In this document: positions 1 through 14,461 of the stretch, in pieces
How the letters are laid out: each line of letters starts with the position of its first letter
How positions within the stretch are numbered: the first letter of the stretch is position 1
Assembly: GCA_951406725.2 (NCBI GenBank)
Contig: OX597818.1
Location: 34,224,001 to 34,288,000, forward strand
DNA length: 64,000 nucleotides
Reading direction: 5' to 3'
Origin: Octopus vulgaris
Taxonomy: Eukaryota
The notes under the pieces: generated by a model
What the model was told of the DNA's origin: nothing
Database searches by the model: none
The model's input: only the letters and a program-made list of their open reading frames with translations
Made by a program: the position numbers and the translations under genes

Positions 1-659
1 AATAAGAGATAGCGAGCATTGCCGCCTTTAAAATATCACATTATATTTGCCCGTTTAGCAATTGCAGGCAGAAAATAATATCTGTTATCTTTTATTTATT
101 TCAGTCATTACTCTGCAGACATGTAAGGGCTCAGCCTTGAGGGTTTAGACGAACAAATCGGCCTCAAAACAATTTTTAAAGTCTGGTACTGATGCTACCT
201 ACTTTTGCCAAACCGTTGTAGCAATGTAGATTTAACAATACTATCTCCTTTGTAGTTATCTTTTTTCTAAAGAATAAATTTATATTTCTGTAAATCAGAG
301 CTGAAATCCTAAACAACTACAAATATCCAATCACAAGTTAAAACTCTATAGTGTATTTGCATAAAAAATTTAGCGTAATTACATTTCAAGGCACTCTGTT
401 TCTACATTAATAATTTCGATATATAAGTGTGTATGGGTATACATATATATGTTTTGAAATAAGTATATATGAATATATATGTATGTGTATCATGTATGTG
501 TATACGCATGTGCGTATCTTTATATGTGTATGTATGGTGTATGGTAAGTATATATAGGCTTATAAATGTATGTATGAGTATGTGCATGCGAGCAATGCTA
601 GCTATGATGGCTTAGATAGTTCTGATTAGCCTTAATAAATATAAAACGCCTTAGATTGG

Positions 660-1406
660 TATTGTAAACCAAGTGGAACGGAAGTTCAGATAATTTGAGA
701 AAGTTCATACAAGTTGATAGATGGTGTTACGTTGACTATAAGACATTATTATGAAAGTTGTCAATAATTTCAGAAAGTCTCCGTAAGCTGAGTAAGTTTA
801 AAATTATTAAATTATTGTGAGCGGGCAAATCAGCGTGATTCAAAGCAATGACGTCTATATTTAGACCTCTAAAAAAGTTTCGGTAGATTTGAACGTGCAT
901 CTGCATTTCATTGTTGGGTTTCGTCTTCCGAGAACAACTTCTACTTTAGACATGTATATTGACAACTTATTTCAATGAAGAGACACAGTCATACCGAAAC
1001 ACCGGTGTCTCACAGTCCCTTACAGTACTGAACCATTTGTGTTATTAATATACATTATGTAAAAAGAATTACTTTCCGAAGACTAAGTCCTACAGCCAAT
1101 TGCACAATCATTTCCAAATCTGCCGGAACGTGTTGTCAACAAATATACATATCACTTTTTCATTCTTGTTGCTTTGCACGCTCCCAATAATTTATTGTCA
1201 GTTTCTTTCACTCTTTTATTCTTTTACTTGTTTCAGTCATTTGACTGCGGCCATGCTGGAGCACCGCCTTTAGAGTCGAGCAAATCGACCCCAGGACTTA
1301 TTTTATCGGTCTCTTTTTACCGGACCGCTAAGCTACGGGTACGCAAACACATCAGCATCGGTTGTCAAGCGATGTTGAAGGGACAAACAAAGACACACAA
1401 ACATAT

Positions 1407-1437
<31 letters not shown>

Positions 1438-1985
1438 GACATACATATATACGACGGGCTTCTTTCAGTTTCCGTCTACCAAATCCACACACAAGGCTTT
1501 GGTCGGCCTGAGGCTATATAGTAGAAGACACTTGCCCAAGGTACCACGCAGTGGGACTGAACCCGGAACCATGTGGCTGGTAAGCAAGCTACTTACCACA
1601 CAGCCACTCCTGCGCCTATAGTTTGGTAGACATTAGCACACATCAGCACATATTTTAGTATACTCATTTCTATAAATGAGAGCGACCGTTTTTGTTTACA
1701 TTTAATGTTTTGGGCGAAGTCTCTGAGTAAAGAGATGTCACACCGGTGTCTGTGTTGTTAACGCATTATGTCTGAAAGGAGAAGTTGTTCTGTGATAGTG
1801 AAACGCAACAACGAATAGCATATTCACGTTCACATCTGCTGGAACGTCTTAAAAGTGAATGTACACATTAGTGGTAGTGTACTTTCTGAATTTTTTTATC
1901 AATTGTTTCCTGTTGACCGAACTGTAAAACTGCTTCTAGTTTTCATTTATCACAGTTTCGTGAAAAAGGTCTTTTTTACGGAATG
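660..1985. mobile_element. Degenerate PLE-like terminal-repeat composite (one inverted and two direct copies) with relic HHR
   Basis: ~870-965 is a diverged reverse complement of ~1750-1850 and ~1040-1140. ATGAAGA(975)...GAAA-CACCGGTG-TC (996-1009) has a palindromic stem III, and ACACCGGTGTC recurs at 1740-1750. Confidence 0.45.
1210..1617 (-). mobile_element. tRNA-derived SINE family A, full length
   Basis: Minus strand head aggcgcaggagtggctgtgtggtaag...ggttcagtccc (A/B boxes), internal (TA)n/(TG)n, tail tgactgaaacaagtaaaag; matches 61522-62010 and 63029-63467. Confidence 0.9.
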
Positions 1986-2421
1986 ATAATGTATGTATGA
2001 GTGTGTGCATGCAAGCAATGCTAGCTATGATGGCTTAGATAGTTCTGATTAGCCTTAATAAATATAAAACGCCTTAGATTTCAACATAGAGGGTAAGTAC
2101 TGCTTTTGCCTGGTTTCTACCTTGCCGTATGTCCAAAATCACAGGGGGCCAAAAACCTGCCTACAACAATTATGTTTTCGTTCCTTCCCTACCATTAAAT
2201 TCCGCTAAAATTAATTATTTCCCATATCTTTATAAACATAGTCTTATAAACACTTATATACCATTGAGACCGGGTTGAGTTCCGACATTATGACTCCTAA
2301 GGCCCATGTGAGACCTAAGTAGGTATTAACGATTATTCGTTTTACTTATTATTCAGAGCAGTTTGTTTTCTCTTCTCCGCCATCTTATATGTAGGAAGTT
2401 GGAAAGTTGCCAATATCAACC

Positions 2422-2545
2422 ATGAGTCAACAGACCTTAACGCGGCACCTAACGGAGCTCCTGACACAGTCCTTAATGCAGTATGTTGACCAACCTACAA
2501 GAGTTAGCAGCTCAATGCCCTTCAGATTAAACTTTAATGTCTGGA
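2422..2545 (+). pseudogene. LINE apurinic-endonuclease relic (CR1/L2-like)
   Basis: LTELLTQSLMQYVDQPTR resembles the LxQxVxxPTR motif of LINE endonucleases; no further ORF. Confidence 0.4.
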
Positions 2546-2829
2546 ATAAGGAATGGTGTGTCGAACAACCTAGTTTTAGCTGTACAAAAAAAGACGCAAT
2601 GTTTATCTTTGGAAAGCGTTTCATCCATAGCTCTTATCTTAAAACCCTGACTGTGTCTTTATAAATCTATAATTATATTTATATTTTTTAAGGCAAATAT
2701 CTTCCTTTGAAATTTACGAGTTATTCTATTATTTTATCATTGGATGGGTGGGTTTTCTTTATTCTTCCCTTTTTTTCTTTCTCTCCCAGCTCTTCCAATC
2801 ACAAACTTTTCTCCCTCTCTCTCTTTCTC

Positions 2830-2860
<31 letters not shown>

Positions 2861-3524
2861 TTCTCTCCCTCTTCTCTCCTTTATAATATTCTATATTCAG
2901 CTCTTTTTATCTTATCCATATTACAACGTTCTCATACACTTTTCCTTCACCTTGGCATTACCCCATTTTTTTCTTTCTCTTTCACTCTCTCTCTCTTCTT
3001 TCTCTTTACCTCCATCTCTCTCACACTCTCTTCCTCTCCCTCTCTCTCTACCTCCCTTTCTCTCATCCAACCTGTTTTTTCTCACCCTCCCACTTTGTCA
3101 CTATATAAGGGAGGTTGCACCTTTCATTCTTTTTTCCTCACTTTAACATTGTCCCACACTCTCTTTCTCTCTTTCCCATCTCTTTCTCCGTATAAGGGAT
3201 GTGGCGTGTGGGTTTTCCTTCCGTGATTTATCTATTCTATTTCAGCCATAATCCTTGATTCTACACACAACAGAGAGAGCCTTAATCACTTAGCGCGATA
3301 TATATATATGATCGACCGAAATCCTTTTTTCCTACCTCCTCCTTGCATCCATACACACACCCGCTTACACACTCACACAAACGTACACTCGTACTCACAC
3401 ACACATACACACACACACACACACACATACACACAAACACACACACACACCTTTCTCAGCCACACTATCCAAATACGCCCTCCATTTTTTTCTACCAGCA
3501 ACTTTTACTAACAAGATCAACACA

Positions 3525-3540
3525 CCACACACAGCACCAA

Positions 3541-3583
<43 letters not shown>

Positions 3584-3599
3584 GCACACGCAGCACCAA

Positions 3600-3642
<43 letters not shown>

Positions 3643-4300
3643 GCACACGCAGCACCAATACTACTACTACTACTACTACTACTACTGCTACTACTACTAC
3701 TACTACTACTACAACTGCTACTGCTGCTGCTGCTGCTGCCAGTACTGCTACTACTTCTGCTACTTGTGTTGCTGCCACTACCACTACTGCCACTACTACT
3801 ATTACTGCTAATGCTGCTGCCACTACCACTACTACTGCTGCTGCTAGTACTACTACTACTACTACTACAACCATTTATCTCACCATCCCATGCAATTACT
3901 ACCACAACTGCTACTGCTACAACTACAACAATTACTACCACTATAACGACGACTACTACTACTACTACAACGACAACGACTACTACTACTACTACTACTG
4001 TCACTACTACCACAGCCTATTACGATGCTGCTGCTGCTGCTGATGCTGCTGGCTCTACCATTCTCCCACCTTTCCTACTCAATACTCAGGAACATGATTC
4101 CCGGACAGCTTACATTGATCATACTAATAACAACGACTTCATAATCATCACAACTTCCACTGCTACAACCACTTACTGGACATCACAACCACCACAACCA
4201 CCGCTGCTGCTGCTGCCGCTGCTGCTGTCACCACCATCTATACAACTACCAGCACTACTTCAACTGCTTCATTATCATAACTTCCACAATTACTACCACC
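3525..4300. repeat. (TAC)n/(TGC)n trinucleotide low-complexity tract with three gcaccaatac(tac)n units
   Basis: Direct reading of the sequence. Confidence 0.9.
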
Positions 4301-4411
4301 GGCAACTGCTGTGGAGGCAGCGGACTCGCGGTCGTAAGAACGCGGTTTCGATTCCCAGACCGGGCATTGTGAGTGTTTATTGAGCAAAAACACTTAAGCT
4401 CCACGAGGCTC

Positions 4412-4785
4412 CTTGTTTTAGTCAGTTGGCTGCGGCCATGCTGGGGCACCGCCTTGAAGGGTTTTAGTCGGAAAAATCAAACCTAGGACTTTTTTATCCT
4501 AGTACTTATTCTATTGGTCTTTTTGCCGAAACGGGGACGTAAACACACCAACACCGGTTGTCAAGTAATGATGGGGGAGAACTTCAAGCACAAACACACA
4601 CACACACACACACACACAGGCACACACACATATACATACGTGTGTGTGTGTGTGCATACGGCGAACTTTCGGTTTCCGTCAACCAAATCCACTTACAAAG
4701 CTTTGGTCGATCCGAGGCTGTAGTAGAACACATTTGCCCAAGGTGCCGCGTAGTAGAACTGAACCCACAACCCACGCCAGCGCCT
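4412..4785 (-). mobile_element. SINE family A, preceded by a family C head fragment (4310-4411, +)
   Basis: Homology to other A and C copies. Confidence 0.8.
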
Positions 4786-5310
4786 GTGTCGTAATTTTTT
4801 TCTTTTTTTTTTTTGGTGGGAGTAGGGATTGTCGAAGTTAAGCCGGCTGGTTTGGCTGCTACAACTATATGTTGTATTGATAGAGGGATGAAATCGAATG
4901 GTTATGAAGATCCGATAGAGAAAAATATGAATTAAAGGGCTCCACAGGCAAAAAAAATGATTGAGAACTACTGGTTTACACGATCTTGTCTTTCTATCTA
5001 TCTATCTATCTATCTATCTATCAATCTATCTATCTATCTATCTATTTATTTATCGATACAGCTGGCTGTTTACCTATCTTCCTATTTATCAAGCTATCTA
5101 CCTTTCAACCTAGCTAGCTATTTAAATTTCTGGCTACCAAGCTAGTTATCTAAATTTCTGTTTAACTTTCCAGCAAGCTAGCTAGCTAACCATTTATTTA
5201 ACTATCTGTCTGTCTATCCACATATAGGTCCATTTATCTATTTATCAAACTATCGAACCATCTACTTGTCCATCTGTGTATCTACTCATATATCTCGCCA
5301 CCTATCTAAC

Positions 5311-5375
<65 letters not shown>

Positions 5376-6652
5376 ATTTCTACCCAAGTGCCTGTCTGTT
5401 TAAATAACTACCTTTCTATCTATCTATATGTCCATCTATCCACCTATCTATTTATCTATTTATAACTTTGTCTCTGTCTATCTATGACTGCATCTGTTTA
5501 TCATTTATTCTAGTCTCTATAATCGGGAATATCTCTCGTTATCACTGTTTGTGTTTTTAACAATGTTGTTGTGACCAACCCATCACAATCATAATCATTA
5601 GTTCCTCCATTACCACAACCAACATCACCGACACCATCGCTGCAAACACCACTAGTGTTCCATACCAACATTTTCACCAACACTACCACCATTACTATCA
5701 ACAACAACTCCAGTATCACAACAACAATAAACACTGCCGCTATTCAACGTCTGATAATACTCAGATCAGTCAACAGAATATTTCTGTCTTCCTCTCTTTA
5801 TGAGCCATAGTATACTCCAGACAACATTATCCATATCTTTTATAATAGAACGGGATTTTAACAAAACTTGGCTGCTCTTTCTAACATGCCAACCAATTAT
5901 GTAGAGGCTGGCTCCCCCCGTATTACTCGGGAATGCTGAAATTGATGAAGGTAATAGCGGTAACTGAAGATGAGTATTAAAAAGAAAGTAGCTGTTGGGA
6001 TTCAAAGATGAAGATTGCAATGGTGCTCTTATTTACAGCCAGCTGGTATTTCTCTTTTGTACGCAAGCTACTTTGTGGAGATTACTTGGTCATGAATTGC
6101 CTGTAGAAACTCTTTGATATAGATTATAAACTTCTTGTATTTTTGCTATGCGTTTAACATTTTAGTGTGCGTGTTTTCATTTCGATAACCTTTGCGCAAT
6201 CTTTTCAGTGAATTTCATATATGTATGCGAAAATATTCTGTTTGTTTGTTTGTTTGTATCGACTGGTAATATCCGTGGAAATTCCACGGTAATTTTGAAA
6301 ACTATAAGCTTGTTGGAAGTTTATAGAGAATCACGAAATTGGTAATTTTTTTTTTTTCAGACACGTTTGAATTTTGAGTTGACATCTGTAGTAATGAAGG
6401 GACTGTCTTAAAAAATAGATATCTTTGAAAACTATACACTCTATTATACACTTGACAGCGCTTCACCTTTGAGAGTTGCTATTTATTCTTTCTATTTTCA
6501 TGTTAAAGGGTGTTGAATTCGTGACATTCTTTATGATAAAAATAATTATGAAAAGAATAAATATAAATAAATAACATAGCGGTTGGAAACGATATGCATA
6601 TAAAGGATTATATATGTGTGTGTGTGTGGAGAGAGAGAGAGAGAGAGAGAGA

Positions 6653-6960
6653 GGGGCGCAATGGCCCAGTGGTTAGGACAGCGGGCTCGCGGTTGCAGGA
6701 TCGCGGTTTCGATTCCCAGACCGGGCGTTGTGAGTGTTTATTGAGCGAAAACACCTAAAGCTCCACGTGGATCCGGCAGGGGTGGTGGCGATCCCTGCTG
6801 TACTCTTTCACCACAACTTTCTCTCACTCTTTCTTCTATTGGCCTGCTCGCTTAGCCAGATGGGTGTCGTCACTTGAAGGCTAAAACAATGCAAAGCGTA
6901 TTGTGACCAGCGATGTGTAGCAACATCTGATAGCCTGCTCGGTCACAGTAATCACGGTGA
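6653..6960 (+). mobile_element. tRNA-derived SINE family C with tail type 1
   Basis: A box tggcccagtgg, B box gtttcgattcc; tail ...gcgtattgtgaccagcgatgtgtagcaacatctgatagc. Confidence 0.85.
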
Positions 6961-6977
6961 TATATATATATTAAAGA

Positions 6978-7048
<71 letters not shown>

Positions 7049-7067
7049 GCATGTATATATATATATA

Positions 7068-7159
7068 TGGAAGCTCAAGGCAATTTTTCGCTGGCTAAGA
7101 CCAGCCTCAGTTTGCCTAACAATATGACCTCTTGTGCTGAATTTTTTTGTGCGTGGCAT
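7068..7159 (-). pseudogene. Tc1 transposase N-terminal HTH relic
   Basis: MPRTKKFSTRGHIVRQTEAGLSQRKIA resembles Tc1 paired-like HTH starts; truncated at a (TA)n array. Confidence 0.55.
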
Positions 7160-7499
7160 GGTTACTCTTTGCAAATGTTTAATATAATGGCACCTGGGAG
7201 GAAAAAGAATAATCACATTGTAAGTTCTACACCGCCAAAAACATATTACGACACGTAGATCAGAAATTTTGAAAATTAAAGATGTCTATTTACTCCTGTA
7301 TGTCTGTGTATATATGGGATTCTTTCAGTTTCCGCCCACCAAATCCACTCTTGAGGCTTTGGTCACCCCGAGGCTATAGTAGAAGAGACTTGCCCAAGGT
7401 GCTGCACAGTGGGACTGAACCCGGAACCATATGGTTGGTAAGCAAGCTATTTACCACACAGCTATTCCTACGCCTATGATCTATTATTAAATGTTATGT

Positions 7500-7557
<58 letters not shown>

Positions 7558-7909
7558 TCTTAGTGGAATTTTGTCTATCTTACGTTCAGTTTTCAAATTC
7601 CACCGAGGTTAACTTTGCCTTTCATCCCCTTTGGCGTCGATAAATTAAGTACCAGTTGAACACTGGTGTCGATGTAATTGACTTGACACCACCACCACTG
7701 AAATCAGTGGCCTTGTGCCAAAATTTGAAATTAATATTTAATTTAAGCTCCGCCGTTTACATTCTATATTAATGTTTCAGTATTTTGTCAACCTCCGTGG
7801 AATTTGAACTCAGAACGTAAAGACAGAACGCTAAGCATTTCGCCAAGCGTGCTAACGTTTCTCTTTTCGTTTATCATTCGTTTTTTTTTACTTGTTTGTT
7901 CGTTAAATT

Positions 7910-7973
<64 letters not shown>

Positions 7974-8070
7974 TTGGAAAAGGATGCGTGGCGTTCGATC
8001 ATATAATAATATAAATAATATATTTATACATACACACACACACACACTCATATATCTTTCCTTCTCCTTT

Positions 8071-8105
8071 GTTTCCGACGAAGAGCTCCGCTCGAAACGT
8101 TAAAC
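8071..8105 (+). ncRNA. Minimal type I hammerhead motif in PLE-like repeat F (~8053-8202)
   Basis: gttt-CCGACGA-a-gagc(tcc)gctc-GAAA-cg-TT-aaac; stem I gttt/aaac, palindromic stem III ACGT. Confidence 0.65.
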
Positions 8106-8408
8106 CCTCCTTCCCTTCTTTCCTGCGCGTCAAATAATACTTTAATTGTTCCACGTCCTCGCGTTGCTGTGTTTTTTTCTGTGTTTTCTTGTTTGGATTA
8201 ACTATATATATACATATTGGAAGGTTTGGAGATGATGCACAGGTATTTTATATTAGAAGAAATGAGGTACTCAGAAATTCGGATGGCTTTATATTTACAG
8301 ATATTTATTTGTATATTACATGTTTTTATACATCATATAACTTAGATCATGTATTAGCGCTTTCTCCCATTCTAGTGGGGTTTTCAAATCGAACTAAGTT
8401 TATACACA

Positions 8409-8445
<37 letters not shown>

Positions 8446-8549
8446 CTTTAGTTGGCCCGAGGCTATAATAGAAGACATTTGTCCAAAGTATAAGGCCGTG
8501 GGAAGTGAACCCGGAGCCATGCGGTTATGGAGCAACTTCCTTACCACAC

Positions 8550-8600
<51 letters not shown>

Positions 8601-8957
8601 CGCCCGCACACATACACACGCACGCACGCACGCACACACACACACACACATACACGCACACATAGAATAAAAAGTGAGGGAGAGAACGAATCATATAGGT
8701 ACATAAATTCGTTCCGTGTAATATAGATGTATGTAAATTACGATCAAACGTGTCAGAAAAGAATTTTGTTAGTGTCTTCAGAATGCTGCAGTTATGGTTG
8801 TAACGTTAAGACTATTACATGCAGGTTTCCCTATCTAACGTCAGAGTATTAGCCATTGCCCATCATGACTTACACATGGCGAAAACTCTTATAACTAACC
8901 TCACCCTATCCCCCAACATATACCCTCTCTCTGTCTCTCTTTCTTTTTCCTCTCTCT

Positions 8958-8998
<41 letters not shown>

Positions 8999-9277
8999 TC
9001 TGTCTATCTCTCCCTTGTTCTGCAATATGTTGGTGTGCAGGACGCGTATGACACATAATGTTCTATTCTTTGGCTATTGGTCCTATCATAACTTGACCTC
9101 CATTGACCAGAAGACTGACCGAAAACTGCAATGTGGCTGAATGTGGATGCACAAACACACACACACACACACATACACACAAACACACGCCAACACACAC
9201 ACATACACACAAACACACGCCCACCCACCCCCACACACACACACACACACACACACATACGCACAAACACACGCTGA

Positions 9278-9329
<52 letters not shown>

Positions 9330-9447
9330 TCTCAAGCCTCTGGTTTTCGCTTTCTTTCTCGGTGTTTCTTTCTCAATTAGACATACACATATTCACACAT
9401 ACATACATACATACATACATACATACATACATACATACATACATACA

Positions 9448-9481
<34 letters not shown>

Positions 9482-10021
9482 CATACATACATACATAAAT
9501 ATATACGTACATACATGTATGGAAACATACATGCTTGTAAACATACATACATAAAAACATACATGCATAGAGACGTAACTTTGTATCTAACTCTACACAT
9601 ACATACACGTGCGAGCGCACATGCACACTCATGCTTTCGTTTTCTTACTCGCTTTCTTTTTTGGATTTACATGGTACACACTTACATAGACGCACATACA
9701 TGCATACACACACACACACATGAACACACATACACACATACACACACGCTTCCAAATTGCATACACTCTGCCTATCTATCTATCTATCTCTTAGATATAC
9801 AGATATATACATATACACACACATACATATATATCTGGCTGTTACCGTCTCTCTCTCTCTCTCTCTCTTCCTTAGATATACTTATACATGCCCTACACGC
9901 ACTCACCAACTCGGATATAGGTGTCTGCGTGTGTGCGTATGTATATGTATGTGTGTATATATATATATGATTGATTCTAGTTTCAGCTCATGAGCTGTGG
10001 CCATGCTGGGGCACTGCCATT

Positions 10022-10052
<31 letters not shown>

Positions 10053-10054
10053 TG

Positions 10055-10133
<79 letters not shown>

Positions 10134-10509
10134 CCGAATAAATAGTTGACACTTTTACAATTTAATACAACTTTAGTATTGTGACTCTCGGTTCAGTTAT
10201 TGCTGTTTCTAAGCCAAGGGCATCGCTGATTGACCATATTTCAAATTGAAGATAGTCTAACCGTGACCATTCCGTCATTTCTCTCAGATATTGAAGACCA
10301 CATTCTTTTATGTTTTTAGGTGCAGGTATGGTTGTATGTTTTAAGAAGCTCTCTTTGTAGCCACGTGATTTGGGGGTTCAGTCCATTGCGTGGCACCTTG
10401 GTCAAGTATCTTTTGCTACAGCCACAGGCTGATCAATCCGTGCGAAGTGAATTTAGTTAACAGAAACTGTGTAGAGACTCGTCGTATGGCAGTCTATGTG
10501 TATGTGGCC

Positions 10510-10766
10510 ATGTGACCGACCAAGCTAATAGATGTTGTTACACATCGCTGGCCACAATGCGCTTTTGCATTCTTTTTATCTTCAAATGACACCACCCTGC
10601 TGGCCAGGTGAACAGGCCAACAATCCACCCCCTGATCGAAAGTGGGGTTGGAGCAACATGAAAGGAAGTGGTTTGCTCAAGAACACAACGTGCTGTCCAG
10701 TCAGGAATCGAGCCCACGATCTAGCGATCGTGAGTGCAACAGCCTAACCACTAAGTCACACGCCTT
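10510..10766 (-). mobile_element. SINE with family D-like head and tail type 1
   Basis: Head/body gttgtgttcttgagcaa on minus strand; tail shared with 6840-6960. Confidence 0.75.
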
Positions 10767-10792
10767 CTTATGAATGTATGTATGCATAAGTA

Positions 10793-10900
<108 letters not shown>

Positions 10901-11281
10901 TGTGTGTGTGTGTGTGTGTGTTTCTGTGCGCGCGTGTGTGCGTATGTGTGTGTGTGTGTGTGTGTGTGTGTATTATATTATATATGGCCTAGTGCAGGGG
11001 TCGGGAAGCATTTTAAAATCAATTACCCCAAAATATATTTATTTATGTAGACATTACCCCCTTGATTTGAAAAGAAGGAAATCATAGATTCTTTAAATTC
11101 AAAAGGTTTATTGAATCTATTTATATGTAAAATACAATTATAAATATAACAAGTATAAAACAAATGCAATAAGATAAATTAATGTCCTTATTATGAAACG
11201 AAAGGATTTTTCTAGAAACTTTTTTATTTCAGGTTTTGGGGAAATGATGCTGTCTCAGTTTTATTACAATTACATTAAAAT

Positions 11282-11647
11282 TGTGGAAGCGCAATGGCCC
11301 AGTGGTTAGGGCAGCGGACTCGCGGTCGTAGGATCGCGGTTTCGATTCCCAGACCGGGCGTTGTGTGTGTTTATTGAGCGAAAACACCCAAAGCTCCACG
11401 ATGCTCCGGCAGGGATGGTGGTGATCCCTGCTGTACTCTTTCACCACAACTTTCTCTCACTCTTACTTCCTGTTTCTGTTGTACCTGTATTTCAAAGGGC
11501 CGGCCTTGTCACTCTCTGTGTCACGCTGAATATCCCCGAGAACACGTGTCTGAGGAGTGCTCAGCCACTTACACGTTAATTTCACGAGCAGGCTGTTCCG
11601 TTGATGGGATCAACTGGAACCCTCGTCGTCGTAACCGACGGAGTGCT
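11282..11647 (+). mobile_element. SINE family C with tail type 2
   Basis: C head followed by ...gaaccctcgtcgtcgtaaccgacggagtgc; near-identical to 44905-45285. Confidence 0.9.
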
Positions 11648-12041
11648 TCCACCACATTAAAATTGGAGCATTTTGATGCCAGAGCAATTTTGATACAACC
11701 TACAGTTTTTGGGGTCCAATCAATTTCTCCGCTTTGCTTTTATGTTCATTAAAGTGGAAAATCTTTGTTTACAAAGGTATGGTGTTGCAAAAGGCAGCAA
11801 GAACTTTTTGTGTCACCAGAAAAAATTTCCTTCGTAACAAGGAACACGTTTTTATATAATTTTACATACGTCTAATGAGTCCTCATAATCCCCAAGAACT
11901 TCAGTTTTACTCCACTTGGAGTAATTTACCCGGTTCGCCGACAACTGGCCTAGTGCTTAGGGTGTTGCACTCATGAGCGTGAGATCGTGGTTTCAATTCC
12001 TGGACCAGGTGGTGTTTTGAGTTCTTGAGCAAACACATATA

Positions 12042-12415
12042 CTCTACCGTCAGAAATTAATTAGCACCCTTGATTTGCTCTTCACTCAAGGTATGTACTG
12101 TCACCTAGTATCTCGAACTATTGCTTTGTTGCGAGTTCACTGTTGCGCAGAACGATGACGTAACTTTGTTTGCAGAGCAGTTTGAGAGTCTACAGCCTTA
12201 TGATGTTGACATAGCAGTGCAACAACAACTTGGAGTGCGGATGCAGACAAATCTTCCTTTGTTTAATAGATATAGGTAGCGCCTCGCAAGGACCGAAATC
12301 ACACCATACTAAGTTTTCTCATCGCGTAAGACGTTTTGAACAGCTCATAGGTTAATTGATTTAACCTATTTAATGTAGAAATTTGAGAAGTGCTAATTAA
12401 TTTCTGACGCAAGTG
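12042..12415. mobile_element. Tc1/mariner-type MITE
   Basis: 26-bp TIRs with a perfect 20-bp core cgtcagaaattaattagcac; TA on both flanks. Confidence 0.8.
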
Positions 12416-12639
12416 TATATGTTACTGAAAATCGCTTAGAGATACAAAGCATGTTATACAAATTTGCTTAATCTCAGTGTCTATGGCAAAAAAACCATTA
12501 GTAGCTCTTATCTTGGTGCGTCTTGGAAGAGTCATTACACAACTCGAGACTATTCATAGACAGGCGATTCAATTCGCCACTGATTCATATACGTCAGTTC
12601 TCAAATTTTCTGATGTGGCGTACCGGCATTTTTTCTTCC

Positions 12640-12902
12640 AATGTACCTGGGACCGGTGATATTTCTTCGTAATATTAATTTATGCCGAAAACAATATATA
12701 TATTGACAATTGTTTTTATCTTATATTTATTTTGTAAACAAATAACATAAAATTACATAAGCATTTTATAAGCATTTTATGAGTATTTTATAACGTTTCT
12801 TTCTTTTCAGGAAACACCGCGTACCAGCAGCTGATGGTTCACGGACCGGCACAGGTCCGTGGACCACTACTGGTCCGTGGACCACCACTTTGAATAACAC
12901 TG
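12640..12902 (+). mobile_element. hAT (Charlie-like) right-end fragment
   Basis: Repeated ggtccgtggacc subterminal palindromes ending ccactttgaataacactg. Confidence 0.55.
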
Positions 12903-13040
12903 ATGTACGTCTTGTTGATAAACTATAAAAATGACGAAATATTGAATTCGATTAGAGTCGAGTTTTAACACTTGGCGTTTTGAGGGAATCCTTCCCAATG
13001 CGCTAACCCGCAGCCTACAGACGAACAAGCAAGGTTCATA

Positions 13041-13132
13041 TATATATATGCTATGGTGGACCGTGAAGTCTGGCGCAACATAGTAAATTCCATTGTCTCG
13101 ACCACGGTCGAACAATGATGATGATGATGATG
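13041..13132 (+). mobile_element. 5'-truncated RTE LINE 3' end
   Basis: Encodes AMVDREVWRNIVNSIVSTTVEQ* (RTE AxDRxxWR end); (TGA)n tail; TSD aaggttcata at 13031-13040 and 13133-13142. Confidence 0.85.
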
Positions 13133-13508
13133 AAGGTTCATACATTGAGTATGTGTGGTCGATAATGTTTACAACACTAGCGCTCCTTCTAATTCGTATT
13201 TGAATATGTTCTTACACATCACCCGAGCATACCAGCAAATGGTTTCTACACTATTTGTACACAGCTATAGACTGACAATTCAATTCGCCTCCGTAGCGAT
13301 TCAGGCATGGGATGTTTATAAGTAACAAAAATGACGAGATATCTATAGCCATCGCTCCTGAATGAGATTTTTGGGTGAGCCGTTCCACCTGGCTATGACT
13401 TTCGGATGTTTTAACATCTGGTGGTTTGAGGGAGTCATCCCCACCACGCTTACCCGCAGCCTGCCAGCGAACAAACAGACCACATACACTGAGTATGCAT
13501 TGTCAATA

Positions 13509-13539
<31 letters not shown>

Positions 13540-13586
13540 TGTATGTACGTATGTATGTAAGAATTCATGCAACCACACACACATAA

Positions 13587-14061
13587 TTACTTGTTTCAGT
13601 CATTTGACTGCAGCCATGCTGGAGCACCGCTTTTAGACAAGCAGTCGATCCCAAGACTTCTTCTTTGGAAGCCTATTACTTATTCTATCGGCTTCTTTTG
13701 CCCAACCGCCAAGTTACGGGGACGTAAACACACCAGCATTGGTTGTCAAGCGATTTTGGGGGGACAAACACAGACACACAAACATACACACACACACACA
13801 CACACACACGCACATATATATATACACACACACGCACGTACAAGCACACACGCACACATACACTAAGTTAAGCACAGTTACTCGCCGTACACACAAAAAA
13901 ACGCACACGTACACACACGCATATTACAACAAAACACACGCACGATACATATACACGAACACACACATACCTCCCTGTTTCTGACCTGCCTTTCTGACTT
14001 GCTAGGGTACTCCCACACCACTCCTTAATTCTACTACCGCCTGCTACTAGCCATTGTCCAC

Positions 14062-14102
<41 letters not shown>

Positions 14103-14398
14103 TTCATCATCGCACACCTTCTTTACCATTCCTTCTTTGATATAGCTCTCCTGTTTTTAAAAGCATTTTCTTCCATTTTCACCACTTCCGTCTTTTAGTA
14201 TGTGACCTCGTGAATACCACTGGCGATTTTTTTCCTCTGTCCTCCCGTCTCGGGATCTTTCCTTCTCCTATGTTTCCGACGAAAAGCTCCGCTCGAAACG
14301 TCAAACCCTCCTTATTCCCTTCTTTCCTGAGCGTCCAATAATACTTTATTTGTTCCACATCCTTGCGTTGTTGTCTTTTTGTTTTCTTGTTTGGATTA

Positions 14399-14461
<63 letters not shown>

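Larger units (their letters stand above)
565..2080. repeat. 93-bp direct repeat pair (565-657 and 1988-2080)
   Basis: aatgtatgtatgagt(a/g)tgtgcatgc(g/a)agcaatgctagc...aaaacgccttagatt occurs twice with 2 mismatches. Confidence 0.95.

Noticed and set aside
2378-2664. Promoter (YY1-like ccgccatctt) plus a small host gene
   Set aside because: It is a single short motif, and the ORF is better explained as a LINE endonuclease relic.
3343-4383. 346-aa ORF and the many similar HT/YI/VC/LL-rich ORFs
   Set aside because: They are translations of microsatellites and SINEs with no domain signal.
6263-6290. Helitron 3' end on minus strand (ccgtggaa/ttccacgg hairpin)
   Set aside because: It ends CCAG rather than CTRR, and there is no second copy or identifiable 5' end.
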